NCBI GenBank assembly: GCA_018399355.1
Contig: JAGYOA010000001.1
Location: 1-49,740, forward strand
Reading direction: 5' to 3'
Length of the DNA stretch: 49,740 bases
From: Candidatus Woesearchaeota archaeon
GTDB lineage: Archaea; Nanobdellota; Nanobdellia; Woesearchaeales; CG1-02-33-12
Every line of letters begins with the position of its first letter. The stretch's first letter is position 1. The position numbers were made by a program, and so were the translations under genes. Below the pieces are notes generated by a model that was not told the DNA's origin, made no database searches, and saw nothing but the letters and a program-made list of their open reading frames with translations. Below are positions 33,216-42,976 of the stretch, in pieces.

Positions 33216-35342
33216 ATGTTGAGGAAAAGAGGCCAGGTAAGCGTATTTATTATTATAGGGATTCTGTTAATTCTTTTTGTTGGCATAGCTTTGTTTATAA
33301 GATCAATTATAACAGAAGACACAGAGCAGCAGCCAGAGGATATCCCCTCTGAATTTTATCCTGTAAAAATTTTTATTGAGCAGTGTATAAGCAGGACTGC
33401 TTCTGAGGCAATACAGCTGATAGGTGAATCTGGAGGTTATACAAACTTAGATGAGTTTGGGATAACACATACATCTGACCCAACAACATCTCAGGCAGTT
33501 CAGTTTTCTCCTGAAAGCTCTTTGAATGTTGCATACTGGTGGTATCTTAAAAGCTCGAATGACTGCTCAGGAAACTGTGAGTTTTCATCAGAGATGCCCT
33601 ACTTAAAAAGTGAATATGATAAGGGAGAGGAAAGGTCTTTTATGGATTCCTCTGTTGAGGCCCAGATTGATAGATATGTAAATGAAAACTTAGAAGAATG
33701 CTTGAATAATTTTCAAGATTTTGAAGCGCAGGGATTTACAGTAACAAAACTTGGCAATGTAACAGCAACAACAACTGTAAGAGATAAAGATGTTCTTGTT
33801 TCAGTGGATTACCCTATTGAAATAAAAAAAGGAAATATTAATTCAAAGCCCTCAAAATTCTTTACAGAAATTCCTGTGATGTTAAAAGATGTTTATGAGC
33901 TTGCGTTTATGATAACCAGTGATGAAATAAACTATCATTTCCTTGAGATAAACACTCTTAACTTAATATCTGCCTTCTCTGATATAGATGAGAATAAGCT
34001 GCCCCCCATGGCAGGCTCTGAATTTCAGTTAAAAGCTCCAGTCTATTGGACAAAGCCAGATGTAGAAACAAAAATTGAGGAAATGCTTATGAGCTATATT
34101 CCTTTATTGCAGGTTAAAGACACATTGAACTACCAGGACAGAATTTCAGGAGACACTATAAAAGACGGAATATATGAGCATATGACGATTCCATCATATG
34201 GAGATAATTACAAAAGAACTGCATCTAATTTCGCTTACCTTGGATGGTGGAGTATATACTTTGACATAAACTCGAGATCTGGATTAATAATGCCTGAATC
34301 AGCATCCTCAAACTTTCTGCCATTGGACATAGGAATACAAAGATATGACTTTTCATATGATATTTCATATCCTGTTGTTGTAACATTAAACAGCCCAGAC
34401 TCTTTTAATGGAAAGGGCTATTCATTCAGATTTGCTCTTGAAGCAAACATAAGAAATAATGAGCCAATGAACTCTTCATTTATTTCATTGGAAAGTTTTG
34501 GTGAAGAGCAATCAATGTTCTGTGATATAAACAAGAGAAACAGCGGAGATATTACAATAAAAACATTTGATGCACAGACAAAACAACCTATTGACAAAGT
34601 TATGGTTTATTACTCATGCGGACAAGAGTCATGCTTTATAGGGCAGACAGAACTAAAAGACAATCAAGCTGTTCTTGAAACAAAACTTCCAATATGTGCA
34701 GGAGGAACTATAACTTATACAAAGCCTGATTACATAGGATATTCGCAATTTTTAAGCACAGAGGTTGATGAAAGCGCAACACTTTCTTCTGTTAATCTTG
34801 AGCCAATAGAAATAAAGAAAATAGAAGTTAAAAAGAAGAATCTTGTTAAACAAGACGGATCATGGATTTTCCAGAATAATCCTTTATCTTTATCATGGGA
34901 TGAGCAGGCAATAATCTCTCTTGAAAGAATAGGAAAAGAAGGCGAGGAAGAATTCACAGCTGTCGCTGAATTCAAGGGCGGCCAATCAAATCCTTCTGAG
35001 ATAAGGATAGCCCCTGGAAAATACAAGGTTAATATCCAGCTTATGCTTGACAGCAAAGTAGTTATTCCTGAAAGAACAGAGAAGATATTGGGAATTATAC
35101 CAATAGCAAAGGTTCCTGAGATTGAGCTTGAGCCATATCCTGCAGGAGGAGTAATCTTTGATGAAAACAATGCATTTGAAATAAAAACAACAGATCATAA
35201 TACAATTGAGTTTTACAGCCTTTATGTTGATATTCCATCAATACCTCTGTCACAAAGAACTCATAAAGATATTGAAGAAACAGGAAAGATAGAGGATTAT
35301 TCAAAATACTACAGAAAAAGCCTGGAGCCAAGTTTAAGATGA
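33216..35342 (+). CDS. Cassette A gene 1: large (~708 aa) protein with pilin-type class III signal peptide; paralog of 41071..42972
   Basis: 'MLRKRG|QVSVFIIIGILLILFVGIALFI'. I prefer ATG 33216 over GTG 33201 because the TATA TTTATATATA (33177-33186) lies only 15 nt from the GTG. Shared motifs with the paralog are listed in the findings. Confidence 0.75.
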   Translation: MLRKRGQVSVFIIIGILLILFVGIALFIRSIITEDTEQQPEDIPSEFYPVKIFIEQCISRTASEAIQLIGESGGYTNLDEFGITHTSDPTTSQAVQFSPESSLNVAYWWYLKSSNDCSGNCEFSSEMPYLKSEYDKGEERSFMDSSVEAQIDRYVNENLEECLNNFQDFEAQGFTVTKLGNVTATTTVRDKDVLVSVDYPIEIKKGNINSKPSKFFTEIPVMLKDVYELAFMITSDEINYHFLEINTLNLISAFSDIDENKLPPMAGSEFQLKAPVYWTKPDVETKIEEMLMSYIPLLQVKDTLNYQDRISGDTIKDGIYEHMTIPSYGDNYKRTASNFAYLGWWSIYFDINSRSGLIMPESASSNFLPLDIGIQRYDFSYDISYPVVVTLNSPDSFNGKGYSFRFALEANIRNNEPMNSSFISLESFGEEQSMFCDINKRNSGDITIKTFDAQTKQPIDKVMVYYSCGQESCFIGQTELKDNQAVLETKLPICAGGTITYTKPDYIGYSQFLSTEVDESATLSSVNLEPIEIKKIEVKKKNLVKQDGSWIFQNNPLSLSWDEQAIISLERIGKEGEEEFTAVAEFKGGQSNPSEIRIAPGKYKVNIQLMLDSKVVIPERTEKILGIIPIAKVPEIELEPYPAGGVIFDENNAFEIKTTDHNTIEFYSLYVDIPSIPLSQRTHKDIEETGKIEDYSKYYRKSLEPSLR

Positions 35343-38300
35343 TAAAGAAAATATCTGCAATTTTTGCAATAATGCTAATACTTATGCTTCCTATTTACAG
35401 CGCAAACGTCTTTGCCTCAATAAATAATGTTAGGGTTTTTGGAAATGATCAGCTAGAAGGTTATAGAAGAGAAGACGATTTAACATACGTGCTTGCAGAT
35501 GTATCTATAAGCGGGGATGATGCAATAAATCCTGAACAGGTTTTTTTCAATAATCAAGAATTCAGCAACTGCATGGCATCAGGAGATTATTTTACCTGTG
35601 TTTTAGGATTAAACAAAAATAAAATAGAGCCAAAAACACATTCTTTTACCATAAATCTTAAAGATAAATCAGGAAAAACAGTTGACACATATACAAGTAC
35701 TTATGTTGTTGATGCAAAAGCCCCTTTAATAACAAGCTTTATTGTCTTGCCAAAAGTCACAAAAAAAGGAAATCTAACAGTAGAGTATAATATAAGAGAC
35801 TATTCCTATGAATCAAATCCAGGGTCGGGCATTAAAAAAATTGTTATTTGCAAAGATGACCTTGCAAATATTGTAAAAGAAATAGAAATAAACGGAACAT
35901 CAAGTCTTGATGCAAGAAAGCTCAGCTTTAAGACATCTGATTTTATTGAATCAACAGGTTCTGCTGATGTATGTATAATAGCTTATGATATGTTAGGACA
36001 GGCATCTGAGATGAAATGCGAAAAGCTAACTGTTGACGAAAAAAGCCCCGAGATTAAAACGGATGCTTTTCAGATAACTGATTCTTCAGGGAATGAAATA
36101 GATTATATATCAACAAATCCTGTATCAGCAATAGTTGCTGTTGAAATTGAAGACGAATCTCTTGCAAAGGTTACTGCTGACTTATCTGAACTTAATAGCC
36201 AGGCATCATACAAAAACATGGAAGCAGAATGTATTAATAATGATAATCTTTATGAATGCGCATGGCCTGTAACAATAAAGCTTTCTGATTCTGGAAAAGT
36301 AAGCATAAAAATAACAGCAGAGGATGCTGTTGGAAACAATGCTGAAAAAACAGTAAGCCACACTTTCAAGTTTGATAAAACCGGGCCTGTAGTTAAATCA
36401 ATATCAAACATTATAGAAGAGGGAGAAATAAAATATTTAGGCAAGAATAATAACCTGGTTTTAGAAATCGAAGAAAAAGATTCAGGGTTAAACCTTGAAA
36501 ATGTTTGGATAAGAATAGGAAGCTCAAACATAAAAACAGATGAATGCGTTCAAGAAGGAAGCAGTTGGAATTGTTACTTTAATGATGTAAGTGTAAATAG
36601 CGCTGATGGCTCTTCTGTTGTTGTTTCAGTAAGCCCTGACTCAAAAGATGATGTTGGAAATAAGTTTGACTTAAGCAAAGGAATTTCTTCTGAAACTTTT
36701 GTAATGGATTCAAATGCTCCCCTCTTAATTGGTGAGATTGAAATAACAAAGATTGGAAACCATTCATACAGTGATATGTATGAAACAGATGAATTTGCTT
36801 CAGGAGACAAACTTAATATAAAAGCAACCTTAAATGAAAAATCAAAATTAACTGCTAAAGCTGATCTTTCTGCAATAGGCTTTGGAAAAGCTGAGCAGGG
36901 TTCATGCTCGCAGCAGGAAAACAATTGGGTTTGCGAATGGAATATAGGGCCTATTGCATCCGGCCCAATAAAAGGAAATCTTAATTTTGAATTTACTGAT
37001 ATTGTTGGAAACACTGCTGAAAAAACAGTGCCCATTAATGTTTTAGGTGTTTATGATGAAGAAAAACCTGATTTCTGGTATGTTGAAAAAATTGAAAAGA
37101 TGCCCAAGGCAATTGACAGGCAGACAACTGAATTGATAACACATAAACAATATGTGCATGTAAGCCTTAAGCCAATATATGACAGATGCGGAACTTCAAT
37201 CTTGGCAATGGATTTAGAGTGCACAGGAGACACAGGATACATAGAAAATTATGAGCTAATTAATGAAAACTCAGAAGATCCTTACATTGTTGTAACATTA
37301 AGCCAGCAGGAAATGCCTGAAAACTCATTGTCATTAAACTGCAATCTTCTTATAATATCAAAAATCTGCGGAGATACAATAGCCGCAAATGTTGAGGAAG
37401 AACCGGTTAAGTTTACAGTTGATTTTTACAATATGCCTCTTGGTGAAGTAAGTGATAATGTAAAAAACAAGATAAAAGAGGCTCAGGACAGCTGGCTAGT
37501 GCAGCAAGAATGGATAGGAGAGCTTGAGAAGTGGATAACATATGCTGAAAAAATATGTGGGCTTTTTGGTACATGGAACAAGGTTAACCAAGCATTGGCA
37601 AATGTTGAAGCATTGCTTGAGGTAATTAAGGTTCCAGGAATATCAGACGCAATAAAAAATAGTTTTAAGGAAACCACTAAAAAAAGCGTTGATGCATATA
37701 AAAAATACTATTTCAACCAAGACACAGGTGAAGAAGGAATTGGATTCAAAGTTTGTAAGTATATTTCGTGTGATCAGGGATTGTGGGGAGACTGGTATAA
37801 TGAAATAATATCAGAGCACAGCAAGCCGTTAGGTGAAAGCGGGTTTACTGCAACAATATGGCCCTCAAGTCCAAAAGACAGCCTTGTTTTAAGCCTTGCA
37901 ACTGGTTGCCTGCCGGGAATAGTGCATAACATGCAAAAAAGAAGGCAGGTTGAATGCTATTATGTGTTATGCCTGAAGAATGCAGCTGTTGAGGGAGTTT
38001 CGCTTTATGTTTGTGATGAGCAGAAAGCCTATCTTGAATGCATGTTTATTTACGGAGAGATATTCCAGATAATTCCATTTGCAGGTTTTTTCAAGGGACT
38101 TGTCAGCAATGTTCAGACAATATTTGCTGACCCTATAGGAATGATATTCGCAGGAATAAACTTTTACTGTGATATGCAGCCAGCAGGAGCGCTCCATGCA
38201 GGATGTGTTATCGCCCATTTGGTTCCAACTTTAGCTGAGATAACTGAAGATATAGCAGGCTTTGTTGATACAGAGAGCTGGCAGGTGGGTGATGTTTGCG

Positions 38301-38419
38301 AGGAAGCTTTAAAGCCAGTAGATGATTTAAATATGAAGTTGGGCCAACAGCAAGAAAGATCAAACCAAGAAAACACAACAGACCAAGAAGACAACCAAGA
38401 CGAAGGTGAAAATGAATAA
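35339..38419 (+). CDS. Cassette A gene 2: giant secreted protein (1026 aa) with Ig-like repeats plus a Cys-rich C-terminal domain
   Basis: Sec signal 'MIKKISAIFAIMLILMLPIYSANVFA'. Recurrent Ig-domain boundary motifs 'VDAKAPLITSF','DEKSPEIKT','DKTGPVVKSI','DSNAPLLIGE'. ATGA overlap with gene 1. Confidence 0.8.
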   Translation: MIKKISAIFAIMLILMLPIYSANVFASINNVRVFGNDQLEGYRREDDLTYVLADVSISGDDAINPEQVFFNNQEFSNCMASGDYFTCVLGLNKNKIEPKTHSFTINLKDKSGKTVDTYTSTYVVDAKAPLITSFIVLPKVTKKGNLTVEYNIRDYSYESNPGSGIKKIVICKDDLANIVKEIEINGTSSLDARKLSFKTSDFIESTGSADVCIIAYDMLGQASEMKCEKLTVDEKSPEIKTDAFQITDSSGNEIDYISTNPVSAIVAVEIEDESLAKVTADLSELNSQASYKNMEAECINNDNLYECAWPVTIKLSDSGKVSIKITAEDAVGNNAEKTVSHTFKFDKTGPVVKSISNIIEEGEIKYLGKNNNLVLEIEEKDSGLNLENVWIRIGSSNIKTDECVQEGSSWNCYFNDVSVNSADGSSVVVSVSPDSKDDVGNKFDLSKGISSETFVMDSNAPLLIGEIEITKIGNHSYSDMYETDEFASGDKLNIKATLNEKSKLTAKADLSAIGFGKAEQGSCSQQENNWVCEWNIGPIASGPIKGNLNFEFTDIVGNTAEKTVPINVLGVYDEEKPDFWYVEKIEKMPKAIDRQTTELITHKQYVHVSLKPIYDRCGTSILAMDLECTGDTGYIENYELINENSEDPYIVVTLSQQEMPENSLSLNCNLLIISKICGDTIAANVEEEPVKFTVDFYNMPLGEVSDNVKNKIKEAQDSWLVQQEWIGELEKWITYAEKICGLFGTWNKVNQALANVEALLEVIKVPGISDAIKNSFKETTKKSVDAYKKYYFNQDTGEEGIGFKVCKYISCDQGLWGDWYNEIISEHSKPLGESGFTATIWPSSPKDSLVLSLATGCLPGIVHNMQKRRQVECYYVLCLKNAAVEGVSLYVCDEQKAYLECMFIYGEIFQIIPFAGFFKGLVSNVQTIFADPIGMIFAGINFYCDMQPAGALHAGCVIAHLVPTLAEITEDIAGFVDTESWQVGDVCEEALKPVDDLNMKLGQQQERSNQENTTDQEDNQDEGENE

Positions 38420-40202
38420 AACTAAACTTGCAATCACATTGATTTTGTTTATGCTTGTAGTTTCAGTTAGTGTTATGGCTGATGAATGGCCAAAGGTAGA
38501 AAAAATAAGTGATGGAAATTTCAAAATAACATACGAAAATGGAGTATATTATGAAATTAGTAATAATGATTATGGTTACTTAGTTGATGATATAATAATT
38601 AAGTTAAGTAAAATAAAACCAGACGAAGAGTCGCCATCAATCACACAACAGAGAGGTGTTTATTTTGTAATATGGACGGAAGGAGGAATATTTAAAAAAG
38701 AGAGTATTCCTCTGACTAATGTAGATCCTGAAACTTTAATTAATTTTAATATGGAACAAGCAGATGTACCACAAGAAGAAGAACACCAAACCGAAGAAGA
38801 AATTAATGAAAATGCTGGAACATCAACAGAAGAAGAAGAACACCAAACCGAAGAAGAAATTAATGAAAATGCTGGAACATCAACAGAAGAAGGAGAAACC
38901 CCTAATGAAATAGAAAACGATTTGGCAGGTATAATAAACAAAGATTCTTATAATTTTATAACAGGAACTCTTAAGGTTAATAAAGAAGATATTTTAATAG
39001 ATGAAGAGAAAAGAATATTACGTTTTAAAGTTGACCCACAAAAAGCTGATCCAAACTCAGATGAGCAAGATTATGAGGTAACTATAAAAACTGATGAAAA
39101 TGGGGGAGTAATCGAAAAGAATTATATAAAAGAGTTAGAGGATGGAGGAATTAAGGTTAGTACATATAAGGCTGGTGAGAAGAATCCTGATACTATAATA
39201 TTTAATAAAGATGGATCAATAAGTAAAGATACACTTCCAATAGAACCACTCCCCAATACTGTAGTAAGTGAAGAAATGGAAGAGCAAATGAATAGGTTAA
39301 ATTCAGAAAGATTACAGGCATATCAAGCTATACAGAAAACATCTTTTATTAATGAATTGAATAGATTGGTAGAAAAATACAAGGAAGGCGGAAAAGAAGC
39401 ATTTTCAGAGGATGAAGAAGAACTACTATTCTTGAAGAATGCAAAAAACATAGCAAAAAATAAGTATGGTATAGATGAGAATGACCTTACCTACGAGCAA
39501 AAAGTGATAATAGAACATGCATCTCAGACATATGCTGATATATTTTATGATTCTGTCAGGGCCGCTCGTGGAGGAATAGCTCTCTCCAACTTATTAAACA
39601 GCTGGCTGGACTGGGATTTTATGATGGGCTGGAGAAAGAAAAGTGATGAATTCTTTTCACAGACAGTTATTGGAAGGGTAATAAGCGGAAGATGGGAGGA
39701 AAGCTTATGCCATAAGCATATTGACAGGATTCCAAACAATGTTGCTGTTGTGAATGTTAATGGTGTTATGGGATTTGCATCTCATATTGAAGGAGAAAGA
39801 AGCGAATCAATAGCAACAAATAATCAAACAATATACTTTTACAAGATAACCTTCGCTGTAAATCCGCAAATAGACAAAGAAATAAAATTTGAAATATTAA
39901 TTGATGGCAAGAAAGCAGACCTTGATAATGATGGAAAAGCAGATACAATAACTCTTAAGCCAGGAGAAAGCTATAGCGGGACAGGAGAAAATGCAATAGT
40001 CCGTTATAAAGATAAGATTTACAAGAAAGTATGTATTAAGTTTTATAACACAGAAAATTTAAACAAGGAATTCACAAGCTCTCTAAAAGACAACAAACTA
40101 TGTAACACAATTGTTGAAACATATGTAGCTCCAGGAAGCATATCAAAGCCAGCAGAAACAGCAGCTGGTTCTGGAACAGCATCATCATCAGATGCGTGGT
40201 AA
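38406..40202 (+). CDS. Cassette A gene 3: secreted protein (598 aa) with acidic tandem repeat
   Basis: Signal 'KLAITLILFMLVVSVSVMA'. Overlaps gene 2 by 14 nt (GTG 38406; alternative ATG 38412). Its C-terminal ~200 aa resemble an internal part of 42977..47017. Confidence 0.75.
   Translation: MKMNKTKLAITLILFMLVVSVSVMADEWPKVEKISDGNFKITYENGVYYEISNNDYGYLVDDIIIKLSKIKPDEESPSITQQRGVYFVIWTEGGIFKKESIPLTNVDPETLINFNMEQADVPQEEEHQTEEEINENAGTSTEEEEHQTEEEINENAGTSTEEGETPNEIENDLAGIINKDSYNFITGTLKVNKEDILIDEEKRILRFKVDPQKADPNSDEQDYEVTIKTDENGGVIEKNYIKELEDGGIKVSTYKAGEKNPDTIIFNKDGSISKDTLPIEPLPNTVVSEEMEEQMNRLNSERLQAYQAIQKTSFINELNRLVEKYKEGGKEAFSEDEEELLFLKNAKNIAKNKYGIDENDLTYEQKVIIEHASQTYADIFYDSVRAARGGIALSNLLNSWLDWDFMMGWRKKSDEFFSQTVIGRVISGRWEESLCHKHIDRIPNNVAVVNVNGVMGFASHIEGERSESIATNNQTIYFYKITFAVNPQIDKEIKFEILIDGKKADLDNDGKADTITLKPGESYSGTGENAIVRYKDKIYKKVCIKFYNTENLNKEFTSSLKDNKLCNTIVETYVAPGSISKPAETAAGSGTASSSDAW
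38775..38888 (+). repeat. Perfect 2 x 57-bp in-frame tandem repeat (19 aa 'EEEHQTEEEINENAGTSTE' x2)
   Basis: Direct comparison shows 38775-38831 is identical to 38832-38888. It lies inside CDS 38406..40202. Confidence 0.9.
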
Positions 40203-41034
40203 AATGGATTATATAAAACAAAACATAAAATTATTGATGGAAAGCTTTAAGCTAAACAAAAAAACATGGAGCATAACTGCTGCCTATGACTTAGTTTTAA
40301 TTTTAATATCATATATCCTGCTGTTTTTATGGTCTTTATGGATGACATCATTTCTTTCAAAAATAAACCTTGATGTTTCTGCATTAACAGAAGAAACAAT
40401 AAGAGATGTTGCTTCATTAAAAAGTTTCTACTACGGAACCATAATCTCTTTATTTGTTCTTGCAATATTTCTCTTTTTTATCTGGTGTTTTTTTAAGGGA
40501 ATATTATGGTCTGTTATATTAAACAAGCATTTTGATTTGAAATACTACAGCAGGTTTATTTTGCTTAACCTGACCTGCATTCCTTTGTTTATTATTCTAT
40601 TTTTTATTTTTCTGCTTATTACCCAAATAATAAACTATTTGATTTTTTTAACACCTGCATTGATGCAAAATAACTTAATAGCAGTTTTAATTACTTCACT
40701 GATATTTTTCATTGTATTTATGCCTATTATAGTTTACATGATGATACTGCCTTCATTGGTTTATTATTATTTTACAAAAAAGAATGATATGGTCTTCTCT
40801 TTCAGCAAAATGTTTGATATAGCAGTAAGGAAAATCCATCTCTTCTATGTTCCATGTCTTCTGATAACCTTTGTTTTTGTATTGATCTCAATTATAACAA
40901 TCCCATTAAGAGTTCTTCCTGAATCAATAATTTTCCTGGTTTTTCTTTTGATATTTATTTTCTACATTGCATGGGCAAGAATGTATATAATCTCTTTTAC
41001 TGAATCATTCAGCAAAAATCACCACAAGATTTAA
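40192..41034 (+). CDS. Cassette A gene 4: ~6-TM integral membrane protein; paralog of 46956..47807
   Basis: Six hydrophobic segments, e.g. 'LVLILISYILLFLWSLWMTSFL', 'IISLFVLAIFLFFIWCFF', 'IIFLVFLLIFIFYIAWA'. Start is ATG 40192 (11-nt overlap) or ATG 40204 (1 nt after the upstream stop). Confidence 0.7.
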   Translation: MRGKMDYIKQNIKLLMESFKLNKKTWSITAAYDLVLILISYILLFLWSLWMTSFLSKINLDVSALTEETIRDVASLKSFYYGTIISLFVLAIFLFFIWCFFKGILWSVILNKHFDLKYYSRFILLNLTCIPLFIILFFIFLLITQIINYLIFLTPALMQNNLIAVLITSLIFFIVFMPIIVYMMILPSLVYYYFTKKNDMVFSFSKMFDIAVRKIHLFYVPCLLITFVFVLISIITIPLRVLPESIIFLVFLLIFIFYIAWARMYIISFTESFSKNHHKI

Positions 41035-41044
41035 ATATATATTA
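41033..41044 (+). promoter_or_regulatory. TATA-like box for cassette B
   Basis: AAATATATATTA overlaps the stop of 40192..41034 and lies about 30 nt before ATG 41071. Confidence 0.4.
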
Positions 41045-41070
41045 TAATAGGTTATTTTTAAGTGGATATC

Positions 41071-42972
41071 ATGAAAAAAAGAGGTCAGGTAACTGTATTT
41101 ATTATACTAGGAATTTTCATTCTTATCGGGATAATACTATTTTTTTATCTTAGGTTAAATACATCTATTTTCACTCCTGATGTTGTTGTTCCTCAGCAGG
41201 TTGCCCCTCTTAAAAGGTATGTTGAAAGCTGCGCGTATGAGATAGGCAAGGAAGCAATAATAACAATTGGAATACAGTCAGGATATGTTGAAATTCCAGA
41301 GCAGATATCAATGGACCCTGATGCATATATTCTTGTTGGAGGCCCAATAAAAACCCCTTACTGGCATCTTCATGGAGAAGACATCTCTCCTACCATAACA
41401 GATATTCAGGAACAGATATCTGATCATGTATCTAAAAATCTAAAGCAGTGCCTGAAAAACTTTTCTGATTTTGATGAATTTGTAATAGAAGAAAAAGATG
41501 AACTTACTGTGAAAACAACAATTGCAGAAGAAGAAGTAGTGATAAATCTGGATTATCCTTTGATAATAAAAAACAGAAAAGGAGACAAGATAACAGAATG
41601 GTCTTTGTACACAAGCTCTGTTCCTGTAAGGCTAAGAAAGATATACAGGCTTGCAAAAAACCTCATGAATGCGGAAAATAATGATATGTTTTTTGAGAGA
41701 AAAACAATAGACCTTATGGCCCTTGACCCAGAGATACCTTTCACTGATATGGAGTTTTCATGTTCTAACCTTGAATGGAGCAAAACAGAAGTTAAAAACA
41801 GTGTCCAGGAATTATTGTATTATAATCTTCCAAAGATAAGAATTGACAGGACAGACTATATACCCTTCCTTCATCCTGATCCAGTATACAGAGAATTTCA
41901 AAAAATAGATATTGAAAATGATGAAATTCCAGATAATATCCCTGAAGATATATATGAATACAACCAGTTTTTCTGGAAGCCTTTAACTGAGGGTTTCAAT
42001 GATATGAAAGTGGGTGTAAGATATATGAAGGACTGGGGAATGCATTTTGAGGCAAGTCCAAGCGACGGTGATTTGATGAGCTCAAATATGGTTGAGGGAT
42101 CTTCAGAATACTTAAGCATGCTCTGCATAAATATTTATCATTTCACTTATGATATAATTTATCCTGTTGAAATAGCAATAAGGGATGAAAAATCATTTAA
42201 TGGAGGGGGTTATGTTTTCAGATATGCTTTTCCTGTTTTAATAAAGCAAAACAGCCCAGACAGGTCTGATTTCAAGGTTAGTTCTATTGATGCATACACA
42301 GATGCAGGGTTCTGCAGTGAAATTACTGAAGATGAATATGTAATACAGGCGAGAAACTCAAGAACCCAGGAAGAGATTGACAATGTAAGTATCGTATTTG
42401 AGTGCGTAAAATATAAATGCAGTCTTGGATTTACAGAATCAGATGCAAACTCATACCGCCTTAAGACAGCTATACCTTCTTCCTGCACAAATGGAATAGT
42501 AAAAGCAAGCAAAGAAGGATATTTAACTGATGAAAAATATGTAACAAGCAGAAATGTATTGCTTGAGATGGATCCTTTAAAAAACTTTGATTTCAAGGTT
42601 ATGAAGGTTGATAAATCAGGACAAAAAACAGAACTTGCCAATGATGAAACAGCTGCAATATACATAAAATCAGCTGAAAAAGATTATAATGTTTTTGCAG
42701 TATATCCTAAACAAGAAGATATGGAATACATAGAGCTAATTGATAACAAGGCAAATTACCAACTTGAAATTTTCCTTATGAATGGCGATGATTTAACAGG
42801 AGGCTACAATGCAGAATGGAATGTTAGCTATTCTGATATTAATGGAAAAAGAAAGATTTTGTTTTATGTTTATGATATTGGAAAAGCAGAAACAAATGAT
42901 AAAAAAATAGAGATGGTTAGCTTCCTTAATGAAAACAAGAATAATGAAGATCTAATACCCAAGTTTAACTAA
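41071..42972 (+). CDS. Cassette B gene 1: large (~633 aa) protein with pilin-type class III signal peptide; paralog of 33216..35342
   Basis: 'MKKRG|QVTVFIILGIFILIGIILFFYL'. ATG 41071 lies about 30 nt downstream of the TATA-like AAATATATATTA (41033-41044). The track uses GTG 41062. Confidence 0.75.
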   Translation: MKKRGQVTVFIILGIFILIGIILFFYLRLNTSIFTPDVVVPQQVAPLKRYVESCAYEIGKEAIITIGIQSGYVEIPEQISMDPDAYILVGGPIKTPYWHLHGEDISPTITDIQEQISDHVSKNLKQCLKNFSDFDEFVIEEKDELTVKTTIAEEEVVINLDYPLIIKNRKGDKITEWSLYTSSVPVRLRKIYRLAKNLMNAENNDMFFERKTIDLMALDPEIPFTDMEFSCSNLEWSKTEVKNSVQELLYYNLPKIRIDRTDYIPFLHPDPVYREFQKIDIENDEIPDNIPEDIYEYNQFFWKPLTEGFNDMKVGVRYMKDWGMHFEASPSDGDLMSSNMVEGSSEYLSMLCINIYHFTYDIIYPVEIAIRDEKSFNGGGYVFRYAFPVLIKQNSPDRSDFKVSSIDAYTDAGFCSEITEDEYVIQARNSRTQEEIDNVSIVFECVKYKCSLGFTESDANSYRLKTAIPSSCTNGIVKASKEGYLTDEKYVTSRNVLLEMDPLKNFDFKVMKVDKSGQKTELANDETAAIYIKSAEKDYNVFAVYPKQEDMEYIELIDNKANYQLEIFLMNGDDLTGGYNAEWNVSYSDINGKRKILFYVYDIGKAETNDKKIEMVSFLNENKNNEDLIPKFN

Positions 42973-42976
42973 GAAA

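Noticed and set aside
38775-38888. Possible CRISPR-like or regulatory direct repeat
   Set aside because: There are only two copies. They are directly adjacent with no spacers, in frame, and inside a signal-peptide-bearing CDS. It is a coding tandem duplication.
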